Assembly (NCBI RefSeq): GCF_002105155.1
Contig: NW_019028988.1
Span: 558,001 to 622,000 of the forward strand
DNA: 64,000 nt
Source: Lobosporangium transversale
Lineage: Eukaryota
Direction of reading: 5' to 3'
The notes below the pieces were generated by a model that worked only from the letters and a program-made list of their open reading frames with translations, searched no databases and was not told where the DNA came from. Position numbers and translations under genes: made by a program. Shown here piece by piece: positions 54,684-64,000 of this stretch. Each line of letters begins with the position of its first letter. Within the stretch, counting starts at the first letter, position 1.

Positions 54684-56427
54684 AATCTATAATGGATTAT
54701 GATGCCAAATCCAGCCCTTTTTCCATTTAAGGGTATTATGTTTCATGTCTGTACGTACAAGACATGTGTCCGTTTTGTGGCTTTTACTCCGACACTTGTC
54801 CTGAAATTTGAATTGACATCAAATCCATCGAAATTTTAACAATGTCATCATGGCATGCTAAAGATCTCTTTCTTTCTTCTTTATTTTACGCCTTCATTCC
54901 TCCATACATTCATATACACAATAAAACAATAAAACCTACAATACACAGAGTAGACTTGCCCTCTCCCCTGACTAAAACTGAGAAAAATAACGGCACATTC
55001 GCATTTTCAAAGGTTCATTCCTGCTTGCTCACTTTCAAAATGACAAACAACAACGAAAAGATTTTATCCAATTTCACCTGCATGGATTTGGAACAAAGCA
55101 CCAGTCAGACGAAGCCAACCAAGTCAAGTACTCGCACTGGATCCACTCGTGCAGCACCGAGGAGAAAAAGAGTTATTCTGACTGACGAAACGACTCCAGA
55201 GCCTTCACCAGTGGCACAGACTGCTAGAGTTAGTGCAAAGTCTTTTAAGCGCCCTAGGCGTTGTGAGGCTGATTCTTTATCCTCAAATGTCCTTCACTCC
55301 GGTCCATTGACAGAAGAAGAGCTGGCCCTGGCGAACGCACGGAAGGAGTCGGCGAGAAGTGTGCTGCAGATGATTTTAGATGATCCAGATTCATCGACGA
55401 CAGTGAATCAATATAAGACACAGCTCCGGCTGTGGGAGGTATGTTGGATCATCAAAATGTCGCTATGAGCTATCTCAGACAGGCTATCAAACTAGACGAC
55501 TTGGCTAATTCTCTTTTTTGTTTTTAGCAATACTGCAATGAAAATTATCAAGGTGACTGTAGCGTCGATGCGAAACGCATGCTTGAATACTTCACAACGG
55601 TTGTCTTCAAGCGAACAGTAAAGCGATTGATCGGCACAGATCGTTGCTACCGTGGCGCTATTGGGTATGCCCAGCAGGGTGGAGGAGATTCTTCGAATTC
55701 TCAGGCTGGGGAAGACGCAGTCTATGAGGGAGAAGAGATCGACGAATTAGTCGAGGCAGATATCGACGAACATGAACTAAGCGACATGGAGCAGAGACTG
55801 GAGACATTAGATAACAGCGAGCAAGTTGATGACGACGACGGCCAAAGCATAGACCAAGGTCAACAACAGGGACAGGGTCAGGGACAGGGTCAGGAACAGG
55901 ATCAGGAACGGAGACAGGGTCAGGGACAGGGACAGGAACAAGGACAGGAACAGGAACAGGATGAAGATCTGGAGCTTCAGCTGAGGTCATTGGCACAGAG
56001 AGGTAAGAAGGCTCCTCCCTCCTGGGATAATATGGAGCCACCTGAAGGAGTCGACCCACATCAATGGCAGATTGATATAGCATTGAATGATGAGGAGCGA
56101 GCATCACATGAAGCTGTAACTGTTGGGGGTTCAAGCAAGAACATCACGCCGAAGCGGAAGACTGCAGCCGTTATCAGGACTGAAAATGAAAGAGAACAAG
56201 GTATGTAAAGATAACCATGTATTAATATATAAATTGTTATACAGTACTGGGATCCAAACCTTTGGGAAGGCTCCGCCATCACGCGTACCCCAGGTGACAA
56301 GACACCATGGCCGCAACTCAGTGTTAATTATCAATATAAATAGCCTACTAAATTATGACTTAATAAACCATTCCTTAATCCTGCATCCACCTTAATGTAT
56401 CTTTTGATTTTGTAAATTTTTACTTTT

Positions 56428-56469
<42 letters not shown>

Positions 56470-59443
56470 GATATACTTTTGCGTTTGTAGTTATCCTGCA
56501 AGCACCAGAGGACAAACATGGCAGCAAAATTGTCTTTGTTCCTCTCACGCTGGGGACAGTCGCAAATGTTAAGAAGGCTTTGCAATACTTATGGAGGCAA
56601 CAGTCTTCTTCGACAGCTCCGTATCCCAATCCCGCCCCAAACCCAAGAACGGATGTACCACTAGCGGAGGCGATCAAAAATTATGGAGAGAAACTTGTCC
56701 ATCACAAAGTAACGACAGGCACCTTATCCCGCACTGCCACCTGTGCCGTACGAGAACCTTACAACACTAAAATGTACCTGCGTATGTTGGCCTTTACATG
56801 GCGCATGCTTCCGACGGTTGGAGTAAGCGGCAGGCGACCTTACGACAGTGTTACAAGATTTCAGTATATGAGGGAGAGGCTATGCCTCCTTGCACGCCAT
56901 CATATGTTGCTGCGGGATGAGGACATCCGAAACTTGAACCTGGCTAACACATTCAATATTCAGACCCGTCACCCCGCGCCAGGGTCAAAGCTGGCGTCGG
57001 GGCTTGTCTTCTGCATCACACGTGGAAAGACAAACCATAAAGGTGTCGAACTCTATGCGACAGCTTATCGACATAAGCTGTTCTTAAGGTGCACCGTGGG
57101 CGGGTTTGCATTTTATATGCTAGAACGGTTCCAGGTAAATGATGCCGTCAGTCTTGACGCGAGCGTATGATTTTTTCTCATTCAATTACACAAAGTGACA
57201 TATATCCTTATTTTTTTTTTTCCCTATTGTAGGTGTTCAAGGAGCCTCTTCCCAATTTTGCGGACCCTGACGAGTGGTACAGCATCAAGGTGCTAACAGG
57301 GGGTGGAACAAGCCAAGAACGGTTAGAGAACCGAAAGGAAGCGCTTGTTGGCCGAACCCAAATGAGCACTACGGCGGCTGTAATGCGTGCCTGCGACGTG
57401 CATTCGGCCAAAATTACGCACTCTGGCCGACATGCAGGGGTCTCGGAAGCCTACGAAAGAGGCTTAAGCCTGGACGATATTCGCCACTTGGGAAGGTGGG
57501 TCATGGGGCAAATGGAGAACTTCTATGCTCCAAAAAACCCAACCAGGGGCGCTTTTTGTATGGCTCAGTTTGGACCGAATGAGCCTTACTTTATCGAGCG
57601 TGATTTGGTCACCCCGCCCTTAGAGCTCCAGCGTCTGGTCTTTCCTTGGATTGAGGAAAATTTTGATAAAGATATGCCGGAGAGAGCTGACTCCTGGAGA
57701 GAGGAGTGCGCCAAAGAAATGCTGGGGGTCGATCCAAATGTCCCGACAGACGAAGACATTTTTTGGACGCCAATCGAGAAGAAGACGAGCTCGAAACGAT
57801 TGACCCGTGCCTTCAGCACTGACTCCCTTGTTACACGCATTGGGTTCCTCAAACTTCTTGTGCGTATGAGGCGAGTAATCCTTCAGGATGCAGTGCTCTT
57901 TTTGAAGCCGAACGACAAGGGGAAAATGTTGGAGAACAAACTCCTCGAGTCGTTACCAGAAATCTTTGGTTGCCAGCTCTTTCTGGATTTCCAACATCAA
58001 TTGCTTCGGGCCATCGACGTACATCGCCGACAAGCAGGCATCATCCAAGCGGATGTGCCAGTTAATGCGCAAACTATGGTAAGCGCCATTAACACGTTGT
58101 CGGTAGAGGCGCGGGTCTTTCATCAACTCCAGCATGAGACGGTCCAGAAGCTCGAGGCCCTATCCACCCTTGTGACAGAGCAACAGGAGCAACAGAGGCA
58201 GCAACAGGAGCAAATCCACTTACTTCTCCAATCGCTGCAGCAGCAACAAAGCGCAAATGTGCGGCAGCCTTTTCCATATCATGTGCAGTCTTGCCCGCCC
58301 TTTGTGTTTAATCCTTCTCCATTGGCGCCAGCACAGAGCCGCCTAGCTTCTTTTCCTTCGGTTCCTCAGGCTCCTACTACGCAGGGTCTATATCAAGCTC
58401 GCCAGGCCACTCCACCGCAACAGCAGCCATTATTTTCCAACCAATTGCCACCATGTCCTCAGCAACAGCCATATCAACATAGCCATGTGCAGGCTCCAAT
58501 GACCTCAGAGCAGACACAACGATTGCCGGAAGATGAAAGGTATAAAGGCTACCTCATGAAAGGCGATGGCAAGCAATTGACGGTCAGGGAAGCATGGGAT
58601 GAATTCCGTGGGCCCGTTGCTCAGGCAAAGCAGGAAAATCACAAATGGCCATTCACAGAGGCGCGTCACAAGGCATTCAGGCGCAGGCGTCAAATTTTCG
58701 ATCTGATAAAGAATATTGCCGAAAAACAGAAGCGAGACTTCGAAGAGGTAGTAGACGCACTGACAGCTCAGTACAAGGGTCGGACAATCAATTCCATTCG
58801 ACTAGAGCTTCTGAAAGACACCGGGAATGACGAAGGCTGCCACCAAGATGCGGACGAGTAGATGAGTAAGGGTAATTTTTTTTTTTCTTTTTTTTTTTTA
58901 TATATACATATATATATATCCTCGGATACAAATTTAAGCAATAAAGCACAAAGTAGTGATGGTGTCGGAAATACCAAGACATGAACTGAGCTACAAGAGG
59001 CAGAAAACTGTTGGCTGCATCCTTGAGCCAAAAGAGGCTGAGAAAATACAATGTACAAGCAATCCATTGTCGTGAAATTTGTGATATTCCAAGGTGTTTA
59101 GCATAAGTATCATCCAGGAAAAAGCATTATCGTCAACATTATTAACAAGACAAAACACCATCAAAGCACTATCAAAGCATTTTTGACTCGACTCGGCTAC
59201 CAACGCACTATAACAGAAATAATTGAATACTTCATCAATATAAAAACTGTCATGTTTAATCATTAACACTGTCTCTACCATAAAAAGATTTTGTCTATTT
59301 CGCTTCACAAATCCATTTTGTGGAAAAAGATTTGTGAAGCGAAATATAAAAATTTTGTGACTTGGTATCCTTCTGTGTCCACCTGTGTCCGCCTGTGTCC
59401 ATCTGAATGGACACAGGTGAGCAATTTCGTTTCACAATCTATA
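54684..59443 (+). mobile_element. Crypton unit 2 (4752-bp period), tandem head-to-tail copy
   Basis: Bounded by AATCTATA at 54684-54691 and 59436-59443. Translated ORFs are identical to unit 1; the only difference seen is in the poly-T region of intron 2. Confidence 0.9.
55040..58861 (+). CDS. Crypton tyrosine recombinase, copy 2; exons 55040-55438, 55528-56200, 56491-57134, 57233-58861
   Basis: ORF translations identical to copy 1. Confidence 0.9.
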
Positions 59444-59559
59444 GCAGATTGGGGAGGGTGTGAGGCATGATACAAATATAGGGGAAAAAAAAAAGAAAAC
59501 GGATTTTTTTTTTTGCAAAGAGGTTCAAAGAAGGTTGAAATGTACACGGCGGGATTATT

Positions 59560-60308
59560 TTACAACGTCCACTGTTGGATGTCCTCGGCGGTCGTGACCG
59601 TTCTAAGGAGAGAGAGGTTTATAAAAAGCAGTTTAGTATTTGCCATAAAATTTTTTTACAGGATGCAATTGCTCAAGATGGTTCTAGTGACATACTTCAC
59701 AAAATCTAGCGGGTATTCTTTTCGTAGCAAATTGGCCAACACCTTGCCGGGACCAAATGAAATATAGTCATGCACATTTTGTTGGTCTCGCAAGTATCCG
59801 ATACTTGTGTGCCATTGAACAGCTCCCGTAACCTGTCGCACAAGCAAATCTGAGATATCCTCAATCTTTGTGATCTGTGTTTTGAAAATGGTCATAGAGT
59901 ATCAGATTATTTAGTCCTCCGTTTTGTGTTCTTTATCCCATTGCCAATTTTGACAGAGCCACTTACAGGTCTTGCTGTAACATTTGAAATCACATCGATA
60001 GTTGGCTTTTTGAATTGAATATCTTTGAGTGCCTCTTTCATTGCATCTGCTGCAGACTGCATTAGACTACAATGAAAGGGTGCTCTATAAGAAAATAAGC
60101 GTATAAAGAAGTGGTAATCAGTACAACCAGAGGACTAAGCTTCTCAACTTTTTGGGTACGCAGGAAATAAGGAGATGTCGGTCAAAAGACATACGAGACA
60201 GGAAGATCTACAGCGCGTGCTGCAATCTTTTGTGCTTGAAGAACTCTTGATGCATGGTCGACCCCTCGGACTGTGCCGCTGATCACAACTTGAAATGACT
60301 AAAATTTG

Positions 60309-60351
<43 letters not shown>

Positions 60352-62507
60352 TTAAATACGATTTTGTCCAGATAAAGGATTGGCTCTAAGCGATCAAATG
60401 CAAATAATGTTGATCCGGTTGGACATACGCTGTTAACGTTGGCAATCTCAGCCAATTCACCACCTGGTAGTGTCGCCTTGATTTCATCAACAGCCTTTAC
60501 AAGCGCTTCCAACTTTCCAGGTCGCACAACTAGTGCTGACATTGCTGTTGCTTTGTTGGTCACTGCTTCTGTCATTGCTTCGCCGCGGAGCCTCTAGAAA
60601 GAGAGGAAAAATAGTATATGAGCGACTTTGAGTTCCACTTACTAGTGCTTAAAATGCACAATAACATAATAAAAATAAAAATAAATAAAATTAAAAAAAA
60701 GTTGCTATTGCGATGTAGAACTTACGACAAGTTTAACAGCATCCTGGAGACCCACGGCCTTTGTTGCGACGAGTGCAGAATATTCACCCAATGAGTGACC
60801 CAGAGCATATTTGCATGATTCTTCAACCTTGAATCCACGTTCACTCTCCAAGACTCTTAGCATAGCAATTGATGTGGTAAGAATGGCAGGTTGTGCATTT
60901 TCTGTTCTGGTCAAATCTTCCTGTGAGCCTTCAAACATGACATGCTTCAGTGTGCCCTGGAGAGCTTCATCTGCCTCATCCACGACCTGACGCGCCACCG
61001 GATAGGCATCATATAGATCCTTGCCCATCCCAACAAATTGCGATCCCTGACCTATTGAGCGAAGATATGGCGAGAGAACGCAGGTTAAGTACGATAATCA
61101 TGCTTGATTGCAACTAAGCCCCATAAACTCTTTCTTCATCCACACAGCAATCCCGAATGTAAAAATAAAACAAGATTTAACAATCGCTCACTCGCAGTGC
61201 AGACGAGACGCAGATGGGAACAATAATAACGTCAGAAAATTTTCTACGCTTTCAAATAATCTCGTTCAAAATAAGGGAAAAAAAAGTAAAAAAGAACCAA
61301 TCTGCCTTTGGTATTAAGTAGCAAGTCAGTAAGTAACATCGTGAGAAAAAAAAATAGACTTTTTCATCTCTTCGAATTTCTCCCCAACCAAAAACAGTTC
61401 CCACGAGGGAGAGCAGTTGTTGGAGATACAATTTGAGATGAGCTTGGGGCTGAGCTTTACATCTTCCATTTATTTCTTTCCACGGGTGCTGTGTTCCGAT
61501 GTAAGTGTGTTGTAATATAATGTATTATTATGTTGTAATTTGTCTTGTTCCTGCACCTGAGATGGAAAAAGGCGTGATTTCATGGCAAAATAATAAACCA
61601 AGGTTCAAACTCCCGGCTCGTCTCTTTTTAGGCACTCCTTTTCCCAGTCACGAACTGATTAACTGACATGAGCTGCTCTTTCTGACTCTATGTCTCACAT
61701 GCATAAAGTGTCATCTTTTTTATCATTGCCCTGGTCTCCTGCCTGGATTTATTTACAGGATAGGATACCTTCCCCACATTTTTCTTTTTTCGTCATTTGG
61801 GTTTTCCCTTACTTCTCCCGTCAGTAATTGATTGTCAATGATCCTTTTTTTCTTTTTTTTTGTGGTTGCTGGCATATTTCATATGCACATCCTATTTGTT
61901 GCTCCTATTATCCCCAAGCCCTCAATATATTAATAAAACGAACCTGGAAAGAGGATTGCCCAATTATTATTATCGCCACCGGATGACGTCTAGTTGCATT
62001 CATTTAGTATAGAATTTTTTTTTTTTTTTTTTTTTTAGTCCAAGTAAAAATATTCGCGTGTTAATACACATAGAGATATAACAACACCTCTCGGACAAAC
62101 ACGAATGAAAAGAGGAAAAAAACACGAAAATAAAAAACATATTGATCCATTACCAATGATCTTCTATTGCGTGGGATAAATCTTGGCCGAGGAGCATTGG
62201 GGGTTGTGGCAGTTGTAGAAAGCGATGAAGACGTTGAGGAGGAAGCCAATGTGGTAGTTGTAGTAGCTGTTGCAGTGGATATCGTTGTAGCTGAGGAGCT
62301 TGAAGGTGAGTTTACAGTCGAGTTTGCAGTTGTGGTTGCTGTGGTTTTTGCTGAGGAAGCAAACGGTACTCTGGGGGTATTTGCTGTTGATACTATAGCA
62401 GGCGCGGCAGATCTGGAGACTGTAGCTGTTGTTGTTGGTTTTGACAAGATGGAGGCTATGGGTGCTGCCTTGTCAAGAATCGCTGAGCGGACGGTTGTGC
62501 AGGCCAT
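59560..62507 (-). CDS. MCT1: Mitochondrial malonyl-CoA:ACP transacylase (FabD/Mct1), about 8 exons; 5' exons 62507-62154, 61989-61944, then 61051 onward; last exon 59602-59560
   Basis: Spliced AILFPG|QGSQFVGMGKDLY, LTRTENAQPAIL, GHSLGEYSAL, IANVNS, APFHCSLM, LLVRQVTGAVQW and FGPGKVL. The Ser/Thr/Arg-rich N-terminal exon resembles a mitochondrial presequence (its assignment is inferred). Confidence 0.9.
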
Positions 62508-63099
62508 TTTAGTTTTATTTTATTTTTTTTTATTAAAGTATATTGTTGTGTCCAAAGTTTTTTTTTTTTTTTTTGTTAGAATATGAAATGTGTTACTGAT
62601 TATGGGGAGTGAATGTTATATGTGTATAAAAAGCGCGTTGGAATAAAAGAAGGAAAAGATGAAGGAATAAAGGAATGAAGGAATGAAGGGAAAGAAGAGA
62701 AAGAGAGAGAGAAAGAGAGAGGTGTTTGGGTGAAGAATGACGAATGAGAGCAGTTGTTGACAAAGTCCCTCAGCTAAAAATTCTGATCATTGCGCGTGAA
62801 AGAGGAAGAGTCATGATCTCTGATCTTTAGGCACGTTAATGATGCACGTAAACATAATAAATAATATATACATGTACATGTATATATAACATAAACACTA
62901 AACTGTTGAGAATGTTTATGATCAAGTTGCAAGTGCTATTCTCTCAATTTTACTACTTCTGGAGCAGACGTAAATGAATACTTTGCCTCATATCAAATCA
63001 AACATCGTTTGCGAAACCAAATCCTGCTTTCTAAGCAAAGAAGTTACTCCTCACAAATCTCCATTTCATCCGTATCCTCAATTTCCGTGGCTTTCTGCA

Positions 63100-63483
63100 C
63101 TACTCCTTTCTTGCCCTTTCGTTACTCTTCGAAGTAGAAGGTGCCTTCGCCTTTGGTCTTGGAGCGGCATCCTTTTTCGTTGTAGTTGATCTCGCCGAGC
63201 TGGTGCCGTCACCACGGCTACTGTCGGTGCTCTTTTTCTCTGCAAAGAAAGCATTTACTTTCTCGATATATTTTTGCAACTCCTCCGAATGCTTCCTACT
63301 ATATCCCTGGTTACAAGGAAAACAATACGAGGCATATCAGAATAATGACAAGTCAAACGAGAGTAGGTATAAACCTTTTTTTTTTTTTTTTTCTTTTTTC
63401 TTTTTTCTTTTTTCTTGAACAAACCATCTTTTCCTTTTCAGATAAGTTTCTCCACATGTGGCCAAGGGTTTTCATGACTTCAG

Positions 63484-63515
<32 letters not shown>

Positions 63516-63727
63516 GTTAGTATTTTCAACAAAACAGAAAAGGGAGAAAAAAAAATTTAGACATCATTCTAGTAGACTTTACAAGGTTTTTGCCCCTGGT
63601 TCTCCATTTGGACACTAGTTCGATTGTCCCGACAATACATCAAGTAGGCCGAAAGGGGTCTTTTGGGCATCATGGGATCCACGGTTTTCGTACTTTTGAT
63701 CGCTTTGGCAGATTTAACCTTGGGCAT
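63100..63727 (-). CDS. Single HMG-box protein (NHP6/HMGB-like), 3 exons, basic C-tail
   Basis: MPKVKS..DPMMPKRPLSAYLMYCRDNR..VQMENQGQKP, EVMKTLGHMWRNLSEKEKM, GYSRKHSEELQKYIEKVNAF, assembled through putative GT-AG introns. Confidence 0.8.
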
Positions 63728-64000
63728 TTTTTTCTGTCTTTGTTTTTTTCTTCTAAACAAATAATATTAATAGCATTTTAGTTACAGTTTGCCACCAAAA
63801 TTAAGTAAAAAGAATGAACATGGACAAACTCTACTTTTACAAATGAGGAATCGAGTTGTAGAATGAGCACCATGCTAGCCTTCACTTATTCTCATGATAC
63901 TGAGACAAATAGAGAAGACGGAACCACGTAGTAGCCACACTCAGGAGCATTTAGTGCGTGCCTTTAGACAAGTGTGCTGCATACGGATATAGTAGATTTT

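Larger units (their letters stand above)
49917..54691 (+). mobile_element. Crypton (CryptonF-like) tyrosine-recombinase DNA transposon, unit 1 (4767-bp period)
   Basis: Bounded by AATCTATA at 49917-49924 and 54684-54691. No TIRs or LTRs. Carries one spliced tyrosine-recombinase gene. The whole unit is duplicated immediately downstream. Confidence 0.9.

Noticed and set aside
54640..54691. Helitron-like 3' end (hairpin shortly before the terminus)
   Set aside because: No Rep/helicase and no 5'-TC/CTRR-3' ends; the encoded protein is a tyrosine recombinase.
50273..58861. Tandem duplication of a host centromere-protein (Ndc10/Cbf2) or Gcr1 gene
   Set aside because: Catalytic residues are intact, and the duplication endpoints coincide exactly with an 8-bp core and structured ends, which fits a mobile element.
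49917..59443. DIRS/Ngaro retroelement or prophage
   Set aside because: No RT, RNase H, gag or phage genes; the gene has spliceosomal introns.

Overview
AT-rich, intron-rich fungal chromosomal DNA with long poly-A/T tracts. Gene style and content suggest an early-diverging fungus such as Mortierellaceae (inference). Host genes, left to right: 5' exons of an acetyl-CoA synthetase (missed by the ORF track), a C2H2 transcription factor, a 7-TM receptor-like protein with a ~1000-aa tail, ARL1, a pseudokinase-ankyrin protein, a paralogous four-finger C2H2 factor, an AreA-type GATA factor, a DUF4203/TM7SF3-like protein, TYW4/PPM2, an FAD monooxygenase, an orphan ORF, CCZ1, mitochondrial malonyl-CoA:ACP transacylase and an HMG-box gene. 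The standout is 49917-59443: a head-to-tail dimer of a ~4.76-kb Crypton (tyrosine-recombinase DNA transposon). Each unit encodes an intact, 4-exon, ~1114-aa recombinase with the full R-K-H-R-W-Y catalytic set and a GCR1_C-like C-terminus. The same 8-bp core AATCTATA occurs once at the left border, once at the internal junction and once at the right border, as expected from circle-mediated site-specific recombination. The element ends carry an 18-bp perfect inverted repeat and repeated TGTGTCC and TTCACAA motifs. Exon coordinates were read by hand and are unverified by transcripts.
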